Source of the DNA: an uncultured Gemmatimonadaceae bacterium
GTDB taxonomy: Bacteria; Gemmatimonadota; Gemmatimonadetes; Gemmatimonadales; Gemmatimonadaceae
Direction of reading: 5' to 3'
DNA length: 64,000 nt
NCBI GenBank assembly: GCA_963790305.1
Contig: CAWBOC010000013.1
Location: 96,001-160,000, forward strand
The translations under genes and the position numbers were made by a program. Positions 45,821 to 57,806 of this stretch are shown one piece after another (the stretch's first letter is position 1; the number at the start of each line of letters is the position of its first letter). A model generated the notes under the pieces. It was given only the letters and a program-made list of their open reading frames with translations, searched no databases and was not told where the DNA came from.

Positions 45821-46545
45821 TGCCGCGCCGACGCGTGCGCGAGCGCGCACGCCTGGCTCCCACGCTCGGCGTGTCGCTCCTTTTGCACCTCGCGGTCGCG
45901 ATACCGCTCGTGCTCACTCGACCGGCGAGGGCGCCCGCGCTTCCGCCCATTTATCGGGTCGATCTCATCGCCGCACCGGCCGGGCCGCGGCAGTCTGGTA
46001 TCGTGACTCCTCAGCCGACGGCGCAGCCAGCGGAACCGGCTCCCACGCCACCGCGCGCGGAGCGCCAGCCACAGGAAATGCCGGCCCCGCCGACGCAGCG
46101 TCCGCCCCCGCGTACGCGAACTCCACCTGCGCCAGCGACCCCGACGCCGGCCCCGACCACGACGCCAGTTCAGACCGCGCCGGCGCAGCCGGCGGGAGGC
46201 GGTCCGACGGGCGATCGTGGCACGGACGTCGCCACGGTTCGGACCGAAGGGATCGAATTTCCCTATCCGGCGTATCTCCAGAACATCGTTCGGCAGATCG
46301 CGCAGCGCTTCGATCCGCCGAGACGCGGCGCCTTGAGCGCAGAGGTGACGTTCCTCCTGCGCCGTGATGGATCGGTCGCCGACATTCGCATCAGCACTCG
46401 TTCCGGCAACTTCGAGTTCGATCAGGAGGCAATGGGAGCCATTGAGGCGGCGGCGCGCGCGGGCGCGTTTGGACCACTGCCCGATGGATTTCCCGACGAT
46501 GTGCTGCCGGTCATCTTCAGCTTCGATCCACGGGTACTGCGTTGA
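45820..46545 (+). CDS. tolA: TolA/TonB-like energy transducer
   Basis: TM SLLLH motif, Pro-rich linker, TonB_2-like C-domain SGNFEFDQEAMGAI. Confidence 0.8.
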   Translation: MPRRRVRERARLAPTLGVSLLLHLAVAIPLVLTRPARAPALPPIYRVDLIAAPAGPRQSGIVTPQPTAQPAEPAPTPPRAERQPQEMPAPPTQRPPPRTRTPPAPATPTPAPTTTPVQTAPAQPAGGGPTGDRGTDVATVRTEGIEFPYPAYLQNIVRQIAQRFDPPRRGALSAEVTFLLRRDGSVADIRISTRSGNFEFDQEAMGAIEAAARAGAFGPLPDGFPDDVLPVIFSFDPRVLR

Positions 46546-47847
46546 TACTTCGCTTGCATCTTCGTCGCGGCGCTCGCCGCGTTCGCCCTCACGACCGCGC
46601 TCGCGGCGCAGGATACGACCGCGCGCGGCGTGCGCATCGGTCTCACCTATCAGCCGGGAACGCGCCCGGGAGTTGTCGTGCTCCCAGTGAATGGCGCGAA
46701 CGGGGACAGCGTCCGCACGATTCTTCAGCGCGATCTCGATTTCGGTGATCGCGTCGAAGTCGTCGGCCGTGAGGGAAGCACCGTCGCTGACGTCGCTCGA
46801 CAGCAGGGCGGCACGATGAACTATCAATTGTGGCGAGCGCTTGGTGCGCTTGCCATCGTCCAGGCGACAGCGACGGCGAGCGGCGTGCGCGTCGCCGTGC
46901 ACGATGTCACCGCCGCCGGAATTCTCAACGCGCGCGACTTTACGCTGCCGACGCCGGCGCTTTCCGCGGGATGGCGGATGGCGTTGCACGGCGTGTCGGA
47001 TGAGATCGAGCGCTGGATCACGGGAACGCGTGGCGCGGCGCAAACCCGCGTGGCGTTCGTGCGTGGCGGGCGCATACACGTCGTCGACAGCGACGGATAT
47101 GGAGAGCGCGCCATCAGCGAGCAGGGGACCGCGCTTTCGCCCGCGTGGCATCCCTCGGGGCGGTGGATCGCGTACAGCGCGTTTGGGCCGCGAGGCACGC
47201 AGATCATTGTGCGCGACCTGCAAAGTGGTGGCACGCGCGTCGCCAGTCCGCGTCCGGGGCTGAACATTACTCCGGAGTTTTCGCCGGATGGGTCGCTTCT
47301 TGTTTGGGGGTTCGGCGAGGAGAGCGGAACCGATCTCGTAGCGGCGCCCCATCCCGGTAGTGGTGACCCGCGTCGCATTACGGTGGGTCGCGGCAGTGAT
47401 AACGTATCGCCGTCGTTCAGCCCCGACGGACGACGGTTGGCGTTCACGTCCAGCCGCGCCGGACACCCGGAGATCTACACCGCCGATGTCGATGGGGCGA
47501 ACGTCGAGCTACTCACCACCTACCTTGCGGGCGATCAGAGTTACCGGTCGAACCCGGCGTGGTCGCCGGACGGACGTGTCGTCGCTTTTCAATCTCAGGT
47601 CGCGGGACGGTTCCAGCTCATGACGATCTCGTTGCGCGATCGCGGCATGAAGCAGCTGACGAGCGAAGGGATCAATGAGGATCCGGCATGGGCTCCCGAC
47701 GGCCGGCATCTTGTCTTCACGTCGTCACGCACGGGGACGAAGCAGCTCTTCGTGCTCGACGCGGAGACCGGGCGTGCGCGCCAGCTTACGCGCGCGGGTG
47801 GCGCCCGCCTGGCGGCATGGTCTCGCGTTCTCGACCGCACGCCATAA
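46542..47847 (+). CDS. tolB: TolB (PD40 beta-propeller); 5' end frameshifted
   Basis: Repeats SPAWHPSG, PEFSPDG, SPSFSPDGRRLAFTS, PAWSPDG, PAWAPDG; operon position. Confidence 0.9.
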
Positions 47848-47883
47848 CTTCCGCCCTCGAACTACAACTCGGAGCGCACCATC

Positions 47884-48504
47884 ATGGACCATCGCATGAC
47901 ACGCACGTTGCTCGTCGTCGCCCTCGTTGCGGTCGCGAGCGCCTGCCCACGCAACCAGCCCCCGCCCGTCACGCCATCGCCGACGGTGAATCAAGACAGC
48001 ATCGACGCCGCTGAACGCGCGCGTCGCGAGGCGGCCGAACGCGCGGAGGCTGCTCGCCGCGACTCGATCGATCGGGCGAATGCCGCGCGCGAGGACTCGC
48101 TGAGACGTGCTCGTGAGGCGGTCGAAGGCGTTCGTTCGGCGCTCACGGCGCCGATCTATTTCGACTACGATAGTGACGCGCTCGGTGACGCGGCCCGCTC
48201 GGCCCTCGACCAGAAGCTCGCCATTCTCCAGTCGAACAGCGGCGTGCGGTTGCGCATTGCCGGTCACGCCGACGAGCGTGGCTCGGACGAGTACAATCTC
48301 GCGCTCGGACAACGGCGCGCCGCGGCGGCCAAGCGCTATCTCACGCAACGCGGTATCCCCGAGGCGCAGATCGAGATCATCAGCTTCGGAGAGGAGCGGC
48401 CGGCGGCGAGTGGCGCCGATGAGTCCGCGTACGCGCAGAATCGGCGCGACGAATTCGAGATCACTTCTGGGGGCGACGCGTTGAGGTCGCCGTCGGGACC
48501 ATGA
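47884..48504 (+). CDS. pal: Peptidoglycan-associated lipoprotein Pal
   Basis: Lipobox VASAC; IYFDYDS, GHADERGSDEYNLALGQRRA, SFGEERP, NRRDEF. Confidence 0.95.
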   Translation: MDHRMTRTLLVVALVAVASACPRNQPPPVTPSPTVNQDSIDAAERARREAAERAEAARRDSIDRANAAREDSLRRAREAVEGVRSALTAPIYFDYDSDALGDAARSALDQKLAILQSNSGVRLRIAGHADERGSDEYNLALGQRRAAAAKRYLTQRGIPEAQIEIISFGEERPAASGADESAYAQNRRDEFEITSGGDALRSPSGP

Positions 48505-49343
48505 ACGCGCTCGTCAGGCGCATCGCACCGGTCGCTCTCGTGGCGACCGGTGCGTGCTTCGCCACGCAGAGCGACGTGCGCGTGCTTCAGACGGACGTGC
48601 AGAACCTGCGGGCCGAACGGTCCCGTCAGGATTCTGTGATGCAGCAGCGGTTTCAGGAGTTGATGGCGTCGCTCCAGACGACGAACGACTCCGTGCGCTC
48701 CCTTTCGAATCGTGTGACGCGTCTCCAGGGGGACGTGCGCGGCGATCTGTTCCAGATGAATCAGCAGCTACTGCAGATCCAGGAGCTCAGCGGGCAGAGC
48801 CAGCGCCGGCTTCAAGAGCTGCGCTCTTCGCTCGAGGCGCGTCAGCAGGATGTGCCTCCCGTTACACCGCCCGCGGCTCCGTCGCAGACACCACGCGACT
48901 CAGCCGCCGGGGCGGCGCCAGGCGCACAAGTGCCGGCTGCTGCACCGTCCGGCCCGGCAGCGGGATCTCCTGGGCCCAACCAGCTCTTCCAGTCGTCGCT
49001 GGATCAGCTCCGGCGCGGCAGCCCCGGAAGCGCACGCCGCGGTTTCGAGGAGCTTCTTCGCCAGTATCCGACGTCGGAGTTAGCCGGTGAAGCGCAGTTC
49101 TATATCGGTGAGGCACTCGCCGGCGAGGGCAATCTCGCCGCTGCGGATACGGCGTACGGCACAGTCGTAGCAAGGTACAGCGAGTCGGCGCGCGCGCCCA
49201 CGGCGCTGTACAAGCGAGCGCTGCTCCTGCAGCAGCGCGGTAACGTTGCGATGGCGCGCACCGCCCTGAACGAGCTCGTCAGGCGATACCCGCGGTCGGA
49301 CGAAGCGCAGCTGGCACGCGAGCGGCTGCGTACAATGCAGTAG
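48501..49343 (+). CDS. cpoB: Tol-Pal system protein CpoB/YbgF
   Basis: Lipoprotein-like N-terminus, coiled coil, C-terminal TPRs (AQFYIGE, APTALYKRA). Confidence 0.88.
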   Translation: MNALVRRIAPVALVATGACFATQSDVRVLQTDVQNLRAERSRQDSVMQQRFQELMASLQTTNDSVRSLSNRVTRLQGDVRGDLFQMNQQLLQIQELSGQSQRRLQELRSSLEARQQDVPPVTPPAAPSQTPRDSAAGAAPGAQVPAAAPSGPAAGSPGPNQLFQSSLDQLRRGSPGSARRGFEELLRQYPTSELAGEAQFYIGEALAGEGNLAAADTAYGTVVARYSESARAPTALYKRALLLQQRGNVAMARTALNELVRRYPRSDEAQLARERLRTMQ

Positions 49344-49352
49344 GGAGGTTTC

Positions 49353-50135
49353 GTGGGACCGAAGACGTCGGGCGCAGAGATGCCGTTCCTCGATCACCTC
49401 GAGGAGCTGCGCTGGCGTATCCTGTGGTCGATCATGGCGCTGCTGGGCGGCATGATCGTCGCCTTCCTGCTCGTGACGAGAATCGACGTCATTGGCTTTC
49501 TCCAGGCGCCGATTCTCCCGTATCTGCAGGGTCGCAAGCTCGTTTACACGCACCCGGGTGAGTCGTTCGGCATCGTCATGAAGGTGTCGTTCGGCGTCGG
49601 GCTCGTGTTCGCGTTGCCAGTCATCATTTATCAGGTGTGGGCGTTTCTCTCGCCCGCGCTGTACAGGCACGAGAAGAAGGTCGTCATCCCCGTCATCCTC
49701 GGCGCCGTCATGCTGTTCGCGGTCGGCGTAGTCGTGGCGTACCAGGGCATCCTCCCGCTCACGCTCCGCTTTCTGCTCACCTTCGAGACGCAGTCGCTCG
49801 AGCCGATGATCACCGCGGCTCAGTACTTCGGGTTCGCGATCACGATGTCGCTGGCATTCGGGGCCGTGTTCGAGCTGCCGATCGTCATCCTCGCCCTTAC
49901 GGCGCTCGGGCTGGTGACGCCCCGAATGCTGCGCAAGTTCCGCCGATACGCGTTCATCCTCTCGATGGTCGCCGGTGCCTTGATCACCCCCGGTGGCGAC
50001 CTGCTTTCCCTGGCGCTGCTCACTGGGCCGATCTACCTCCTCTACGAGGCGAGCATCCTGCTCGCGTATATCGTGTATCGTCGGCGCGAGAACCGGATTG
50101 CGGCCGACGCAGCCGAGCGAGAGGCGACGGCGTGA
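49353..50135 (+). CDS. tatC: Twin-arginine translocase subunit TatC
   Basis: MPFLDHLEELRWR, YQVWAFLSPAL, FELP, LITPG, LYE. Confidence 0.96.
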   Translation: MGPKTSGAEMPFLDHLEELRWRILWSIMALLGGMIVAFLLVTRIDVIGFLQAPILPYLQGRKLVYTHPGESFGIVMKVSFGVGLVFALPVIIYQVWAFLSPALYRHEKKVVIPVILGAVMLFAVGVVVAYQGILPLTLRFLLTFETQSLEPMITAAQYFGFAITMSLAFGAVFELPIVILALTALGLVTPRMLRKFRRYAFILSMVAGALITPGGDLLSLALLTGPIYLLYEASILLAYIVYRRRENRIAADAAEREATA

Positions 50136-53024
50136 GGTCGCGGTTTCCTGGGGCGGTTGCCGTCGCCCTCGCTGCCCTGTGCATCGTACCCCAGCTGAGC
50201 GCGCAGCAGCCGCCCACTCCGCCTCGTCAGGCGCCGGGGGTGCGGGACACGACCGCGCGCGATACGACGCGTCTCGTGGAATGGGCAGAGCCCGATTCCG
50301 TGATGGCCGAGCTCCTGGCGCGAGCGGGATATCTGGCGACGAGGTATCAGGGTGATCGCGTCATCTTCGATGCGAAGGCCAAGGAGATCATCGTCCTTGG
50401 GAATGCCGCCGTTGGCCGTGAGCAGACGACGCTCATTGCCGACTCGATTCGCTACAACGACTCGCTGAAAGTCGTCCGTGCCCTCGGCGATACGATCGTG
50501 CTACGGGACCCCTCACAGACGGCGGACCTCGTGGCGCTGGGGCAGCTCATCTACGACGTGCAGTCCAAGCAGGGGTCTGGGACTGGAATCAGCACGAGCG
50601 TGCAAAGCGGTGAGATCTGGTTCGTGAGAGGACACAGGACGGGTTTCGCCACGGATACGACGGACGAGGAGCGCACGTTTTACGCGACGAGCGGCACGAT
50701 CACCAGCTGCGACCTCACCGAGCCGCATTATCACTTCAAGTCGAAGGAAGTGAAGATGATCGGGCGCCGCGCGCTGATCGCGCGGCCCGCGGTCCTGTAC
50801 ATCCACGACATCCCGATCCTGTGGGTCCCATTCATTTACCAGGACCTTCGTCGGGGACGACGGAGCGGCTTGCTGCCCCCGCGGTTCGGCTTCAGCGACA
50901 TCGTGCGCAATAGCACGACGTACCGCCGGCACATCGACGGACTCGGCTGGTACTGGGCGATGAACGACTACATGGATGGGAAGATCGAGATGGGGTGGCG
51001 GAGCGGTGCGCGCGGAAGCGAGACCGACCCTGGCTGGCTCGACTGGCGGGCCGAGTGGAAGTACAACTGGTTGTCCCGCGCCATACGCGGCGGACTTGCC
51101 TGGAGCAACTCCTCGTGGACGAATGGTCGCAGTGGAAGCTCGTACCGCCTGTGGCACTCGCAGCAGTTCTCGCAGAAGAGCTCGTTGCGCGCCGACCTCA
51201 ATTACCAGACGAACACGAGTCTCGAGCGGGATCGGTCGGTCACGGTCGAGCAGACGTTCGCCACGATCCACTCCTCGGCGAGCTACGATCGTGATTTCGG
51301 TCTGTTTCGCATGGCACTAGGTGGCTCGCAGTCGCAAACGGCGGGTCGGGATGAGATTCGTCGCACGCTGCCTACGCTGTCACTCACGCCGCGGGGAGCC
51401 ATCTCGCTCGCGTCATGGCTGGAGTGGAATCCGCAGCTCAGCCTGGAGAATGACCAGACCCTCGACATGACGATCAACGACCCGCGCGTGGGCGTTCGCT
51501 TCAGGCCGCTTCCCGGAGGAGGTATCGACAGCTCGCGAATCATTGGCGATCAACGCACGACCACCGTCCGGTTTGATACTCCGATCCGGATTTTCGGCTT
51601 CAACTGGACGAACAACGTCCGAGTCACCGATCGTGAGCAGGCCCATCCGATCGTGTGGGAGATCGTCGATCCCGACGATCCCAACGCGCGGCACACGCGC
51701 GTCTATGCGCGAGGGTTCAGCACCGAGATCGAGTGGCAGACGCAGTTCTCGCTGCCGAACATCTTTCAGGGTCGACTCAATCTCGTACCGTCGGTCAGCG
51801 TCATGAACGCGAGCAACGGACCGTTCGCACTTCGGAACGAGCTCACGGGTGGCGAGTACGTCTACCAGGGAAAGCGCCTCGCGTACGGGCTTTCGATGTC
51901 ACCGACGTTCTACGGGTTGTTCCCCGGGTTCGGCCCCATCACCCGCTTCCGCCATACCATTTCGCCGAGCCTTTCCTACACGTACGCGCCTGCCGGCGAG
52001 GTGAGTGCCGAGTACCTCGCGGCTCGCAACCAGTCGAACGTGGGCAATCTCGGCAACATCACGCAGCAATCGCTGACACTATCGTTCAATCACAACCTCG
52101 AGGCGAAGCTGCGAGGACGTGGCGGGGACACGTCGGAAGCCGCGGTGCGCAAGGTCAAGGTCTTCTCGATGGGTTTCGATGCGCTGACGTACAACTTCGA
52201 GCGCGCTCGCAAGACGGGAAAAGCGTCGACGGGATTCGAGACGTCGAGCTTTGGATATCGACTGTCATCCGATTTGCTGCCTGGCTTCGACCTGGGGATG
52301 CGATACTCCCTGTTCGAGGGAGACGTGTCGAGCGACACGGCGCGTTTCAAGCCGTTCCGAACATCCACGGACATGTCGCTCTCCATCGGCCGTGAACGCA
52401 ACCCGTTCGCGTTTCTCGCGCGCGTGTTCGGGAAGGCGGTACCAAGCAGCGAGGTCCCGGCGAATTCACCGTCGACCGATAGTCTCCCCGGTGATCGCCC
52501 TCCGGTGCAACCCGGCGGGTTCGGCGCGGCGCGCGATCCGCGGGGAATCAACACCGAGCAGGGCTGGTCGGCGTCCCTCAGCTACTCGTACTCACGCGAG
52601 CGGCCGCCGCGCGGCGTTGACGTGACCTTCTTCGACCCCCGGGCGCGGTGCCGTGCGGTCCCTGACCCGGGATTGCGCGCCGCCTGCGAGGCGCAGGCCC
52701 TGCTCGAGCTTCCGGACGATTCGCTTCCCTCGAACCAGGGAGTGTCGCGGGTGATTCAGCCGCCGCAGTCGTTGATGCGCGGAAACTTCTCATTCAATCT
52801 CACGCCGAAGTGGGCCGCGCAGTGGAGCACCTCCTACGACTTCGAGACCGCGTGACTTCGCCGACCACAGCGTGACACTCCAGCGCGACCTGCACGACTG
52901 GCGCGCGACGTTCGGCTTCAACCGGTCGCCATTCGGGAATTTCGCATTCAGCTTTTTCATCGCGCTCAAGGCGGAGCCGCAGCTGAAGTTCGACTACAAT
53001 CGCTCGACGTATCGGGCTCCCTAG
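50132..53024 (+). CDS. lptD: LPS-assembly protein LptD-like outer-membrane barrel (frameshift near 52850)
   Basis: Signal peptide, OstA-like N-domain, TSCDLTEPHYHF, RRSGLLPP, tail RDLHDWRATFGF...LKFDYNRSTYRAP*. Confidence 0.8.
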
Positions 53025-53168
53025 TCGTCTGCTCGCTGAGCGACTTCGGCAACTGCGAACTGCGAACTCAGCCGGTCGCGGCTCCGAGCTTTTCGGTGCT
53101 TATCCTGCACACACTCCTGTCTCCGGGAGCGGACAGCACCGCCTACGCCCCCTCAGGAAGTCGTTAAG

Positions 53169-53212
53169 CAGCAACCAGTTAGTTGCGTCGTGCCAGTCGG
53201 CGCGCCCAGTGC
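53169..53212 (+). promoter_or_regulatory. Possible sigma-54 promoter with upstream IHF-like site
   Basis: GG(53199-53200)-N10-GC(53211-53212) in cGGcgcgcccagtGCa; CAA-N4-TTA at 53172-53181; 33 nt between GC and ATG 53246. Confidence 0.4.
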
Positions 53213-53245
53213 ATTCCCTTACGGCGCCACTCACTGGAGACACGC

Positions 53246-54375
53246 ATGCGACGCAGCGTTGTGTGGATGCTCTTCGCGATGGGGATCGCGGCATGCACCG
53301 ACTACGAAGGTGATCTCGGGCCCGACGAGCTCGAGGCACCCTCCGACCTTACCTATCAGCTCATCCCAAGCGGCGATCCGGAAAGCCCGAACGGCATCCT
53401 GCTGAGCTGGACCGATCCGGGCGATCCGGACATCGAAGTGTTCGCCATCTACTCGCGCGGCTCATCGAGCGGGTCGTGGAGCCGGCGTGCCGCGACGACC
53501 TCGACGACGTTCCACGACGCGGGGTTCCCGCACCTTCAGTACTACGTCGTCGCCGAGGACGGAGCAGGCAATCAGAGCAGTCCGTCCAACTCGATCACCG
53601 TCGATGAGCGCAACCGCTTGCCCGCGCCTGCGACGCTCGTGACGGTCTCGCTCGACCGCGCCGTACAGCTTTCGTGGTCGCCGAATGGACGGGAAGCCAA
53701 TCCAACGATGTTCGACTATTACCGTCGTGTACTCCACGGTCTACGATCTCGATGCGAACGAGTGCGAGGGGGACCTCTGGGTCCTCGAAGGCACGACGGT
53801 CTCCGAGGACTTCCTCGCCACCGGTCTGACCAACGGGGCGCCGCGATGCTTCGCGGCGAGCACGGTGAGTCGCGATGGTCACGAGAGTCTTGTGGACAAC
53901 GCCCCGCGCCGATACGCCGCGCTACGATTCGCGCAACTTCCTGGTGTTCGCCACGCAGGCGTCACTTCCGTCGAGCGGATTCCGGTTCTATTTCCCGTCG
54001 ACGGGCGCCATGGGCGAGATCCTGGCGGGCGATCGCACGGACATCGACTTCAAGCTCGAGCGGCGGTCGGACGGTTCGGTGTGGATCACGCCGGTCCGGA
54101 CAGGAACGAAGCTCGCGCTCTACAGCACATCTCCCGTCGAGGATCTGACATCGATCGACATCGCGCCCACCCGGGATCGGTTCAGCACCGGCGCGATCGA
54201 AGCGGTTGCCGGCTACGCCTACGTCGTCGAGACAACGCTGTCGGATGGTCTGCACTATGGCGCCCTGCGCGTGACGCATACGACGTCCGATTACATGATC
54301 TTCGACTGGGCGTACCAGAGTGACCCGGGGAATCCGGAGCTGCGCGTCGGAACAAGGGTGGTGACGGGGATCTAG
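53246..54375 (+). CDS. Lipoprotein with fibronectin-III-like domains (two frameshifts)
   Basis: MGIAAC lipobox; APSDLT..ILLSW..YYVVAEDGAGNQSSPSN; PAPATL..VQLSW. Confidence 0.65.
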
Positions 54376-54384
54376 TCCAACGGC

Positions 54385-54473
54385 GGTCGAGGTCGTCGAG
54401 GTCGTCGAGGTGATCGAGGGAACGGCGTCGTCGCTCCTTGATCGCCTCGACGACTTTGACCACCTCGACCACC
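54385..54473. repeat. TCGAGG-core 9-bp repeat, family C copy 2
   Basis: ggtcgaggtcgtcgaggtcgtcgaggtgatcgaggg...ccttgatcgcctcgacgactttgaccacctcgacc. Confidence 0.8.
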
Positions 54474-54522
54474 TTTGTTTTCGGCCTTGAATCTCCCCGT
54501 CCGCGAACCGATTTTCGTTCGC

Positions 54523-56050
54523 ATGGCCCAGCCCGTTGTTCTCGATGGCGCCTCACTCACCATTGACGATGTCCACCGAGTCGCGGTAGACCGCGCGCCG
54601 GCGACCCTCGCCGATGCCGCACGCGCGCGCGTCAGCGCCACGCGCCGCATCGTCGATGATCTCGTCAGGCGTCGAGAAGTGGTGTACGGCGTCACGACGG
54701 GGTTCGGAAAGCTATCCGAGGTGTCGGTGCCTCCGGAACGCCTTGCCGAGCTGCAAGTGAACCTCGTGCGAAGTCACGCCGCTGGCGTCGGTCCGTTGAT
54801 GCCGGAGCGGGAAGTGCGCGGCATGATGCTTCTTCGAGCGAACGTCATCGCCAAGGGATACTCCGGCGCACGTCCGGATCTCATCGACCTGTTGCTGGCG
54901 ATGCTCAACGCCGGCGTATATCCGCCAATCCCGGAGCAAGGCAGCGTGGGGGCGAGCGGCGACCTCGCGCCACTCGCGCACCTCGCCCTCGCTCTCATCG
55001 GCGAGGGCGATCTCATTCGCGACCACCAGCGTGCTCCGGCCGCCTCCGTCCTCCGGGCGGTCGGCCTAACGCCGCTCACGCTCGGCCCAAAGGAAGGCAT
55101 CACGCTCATCAACGGAACGCAGGCGCACACGGCCATAGCCGCGCTGGCACTGCACGACGCGACGCGTCTCTGGACGACCGCTCACGTCGCCGGAGCAATG
55201 TCGCTGGAGGGATTGCTCGGGACTCCGACGGCGTTCGATTCGAGGCTGCACGACGCGCGAGGCCAGCGCGGGCAGCGGCGTTCCGCGGCGTTACTGCTCG
55301 AGCTCCTCGCGGATAGCGAGATTCGCGAGTCCCACCGCCACGACGATCCGCGCGTGCAGGATGCCTACGCCTTACGATGCATGCCGCAGGTACATGGGGC
55401 GGTGCGCGATGCCCTCGAGTTCGCGGCCGGCATGGTTGGCGCGGAGCTGAATGCGGCGACGGACAATCCGCTCGTCTTCGAGGATGGCACGATCCTCAGC
55501 GGCGGGAATTTTCATGGCCAACCGGTGGCGATGGCGCTCGACGTCCTCGCGATCGCGCTGACGAATCTCGCGACGATCTCGGAGCGGCGCATCGACCGAC
55601 TCGTTCATCCCGATCTCAACCAGGGATTGCCGCCCTTTCTCACTGGCGATGCTGGCGTATCGTCCGGATTCATGATGGCGCAGGTGACCGCGGCGGCGTT
55701 GGCGAGCGAGTGCAAGGTGCTCTCTCATCCGGCGAGCGTGGACACCATTCCCACCGACGGGAACAAGGAAGACGTCGTCCCAATGGCCATGGGCGCGGCA
55801 TGGAAGCTTCGCCGCGTGATCGACAACCTGGGACAACATCCTCGCGATCGAGCTCATGTGCGCGGCGCAGGCGATCGACTGTCGTGCGCCGCTCGCGCCT
55901 GGACGCGGGGTCGCGGCCGCGCATCAGCGCGTGCGCGAGCTGGTTCCGCCGCTCGAGCATGATCGCGTCCTGAGCACCGACATTGCCGAAATCGCAACCG
56001 CGGTGCGGCGTGGCGTCTTTGCCGCCGACGTGGTGGAGCTCGTCGGGTGA
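54523..56050 (+). CDS. hutH: Histidine ammonia-lyase (frameshift near 55830)
   Basis: [12 protein letters not shown] motif [41 protein letters not shown]. Confidence 0.97.
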
Positions 56051-57747
56051 CGCTCACCGCCAGCGGCGCATCGGAGGTGGGTGCGAGAGTCGTTCGCGCG
56101 CCGCGAGGCGGCAAGATGTCCTGCAAGGGCTGGCAGCAGGAAGCCGCGCTGCGGATGCTGATGAACAATCTGGATCCCGAAGTGGCCGAGCGTCCCGACG
56201 ACCTCGTCGTGTACGGCGGGACTGGGAAGGCTGCGCGCGACTGGCCGTCGTTCGATGCGATCGTTCGCACGCTCCGCGCGCTGGAGAACGACGAGACGCT
56301 GCTGGTGCAGAGCGGGAAGCCGGTGGCGGTGTTCCGCACTCACGTCTCGTCGCCCCGCGTGCTCATCGCGAACAGCAACCTCGTTGGGCGCTGGGCGACG
56401 TGGGAGAAGTTCCGCGAGCTCGAGCGAGCGGGCCTGATGATGTATGGGCAGATGACTGCCGGCTCGTGGATCTACATTGGAACGCAGGGAATCCTCCAAG
56501 GGACGTACGAGACGTTCGGGGCGGTCGCGCGACAACACTTCGATGGCTCGCTCGCCGGACGCTTCGTGCTCACTGCTGGACTCGGAGGAATGGGCGGTGC
56601 GCAGCCGCTGGCCGCGACAATGAACGGTGCAGTCATCCTCTGCGTCGAGGTGGATCCCGCGCGTATCGAGAAGCGTTTGGCGACGGGCTACGTCGATCGG
56701 ATGACGCACGACCTCAGCGAGGCGCTGGCCTGGGTGAACAATGCGCGCACGCGCCGCGAGGGCGTGTCCATTGGGCTGGTGGGAAATGCTGCCGACGTGC
56801 TGCCAGATCTTGTTCGGCGCGGAATTACACCCGATGTGCTCACCGATCAGACGAGTGCGCACGACACACTGAACGGATACGTCCCGGCGGGCCTCGGCAT
56901 CGAGATGGCGAATGAGCTGCGGCGAGCCGACCCCGCGCAGTACGTCGCGCGGGCGACGTCGTCCATCGTGCAGCACGTTCGCGCGATGCTCGAGATGCAG
57001 CGCCGCGGCGCGGTCACGTTCGACTACGGCAACAACATTCGCACGGTGGCGTTCGATGCCGGGGAGCGCGAGGCGTTTTCCTTTCCCGGGTTCGTGCCTG
57101 CCTACGTGCGACCGCTCTTTTGCGAGGGGAAAGGCCCGTTTCGATGGGTGGCGCTGTCGGGTGATCCCGCCGATCTCGCGCGCACCGATCAGCTGGTGCT
57201 CGAGCTCTTCCCCGACGATGCGCACCTGCGCCGATGGATTGGGTTGGCGCGAGAGAAGGTGCGCTTCCAGGGATTGCCTGCGCGCATTTGCTGGTTGGGA
57301 CAGGGCGAGCGTGCAGCGTTCGGAGTCGCGCTCAACGATCTGGTGGCGCGGGGCGAGCTGTCGGCGCCGATCGTGATCGGAAGAGATCACCTCGATACGG
57401 GGAGCGTCGCGTCCCCATTTCGGGAGACGGAGGCCATGCGCGATGGAACCGACGCCGTCGCCGATTGGCCCATTCTGAACGCCCTGCTCAACGTCGCGAG
57501 CGGCGCCTCGTGGGTCTCGTTTCACCACGGCGGGGGTGTCGGGATGGGCAACTCGCTGCACGCCGGGCAGGTGATCGTCGCCGACGGGACTCCCGAAATG
57601 CGCGTTCGCCTTCAGCGGGTGCTGACGAACGATCCGGGGATTGGCGTGGCGCGTCATGCGGACGCCGGCTATGAAGTCGCGATCGAGACCGCGACGGAGA
57701 AGGGGATCGTGATTCCGATGAGTGACCGGGCGGCTCGGGACCGGTAA
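56047..57747 (+). CDS. hutU: Urocanate hydratase
   Basis: [55 protein letters not shown]. Confidence 0.98.
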   Translation: MTLTASGASEVGARVVRAPRGGKMSCKGWQQEAALRMLMNNLDPEVAERPDDLVVYGGTGKAARDWPSFDAIVRTLRALENDETLLVQSGKPVAVFRTHVSSPRVLIANSNLVGRWATWEKFRELERAGLMMYGQMTAGSWIYIGTQGILQGTYETFGAVARQHFDGSLAGRFVLTAGLGGMGGAQPLAATMNGAVILCVEVDPARIEKRLATGYVDRMTHDLSEALAWVNNARTRREGVSIGLVGNAADVLPDLVRRGITPDVLTDQTSAHDTLNGYVPAGLGIEMANELRRADPAQYVARATSSIVQHVRAMLEMQRRGAVTFDYGNNIRTVAFDAGEREAFSFPGFVPAYVRPLFCEGKGPFRWVALSGDPADLARTDQLVLELFPDDAHLRRWIGLAREKVRFQGLPARICWLGQGERAAFGVALNDLVARGELSAPIVIGRDHLDTGSVASPFRETEAMRDGTDAVADWPILNALLNVASGASWVSFHHGGGVGMGNSLHAGQVIVADGTPEMRVRLQRVLTNDPGIGVARHADAGYEVAIETATEKGIVIPMSDRAARDR

Positions 57748-57806
57748 GTGTTGGAACTACGAACGGCGAGCCGTTCGTGCTTTTCCTATTTTGCCCCTGA
57801 TAAGAC

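Noticed and set aside
53050..53068. aactgcg heptamer run after lptD
   Set aside because: Under three units with no clear inverted arm; too weak to count as a family member
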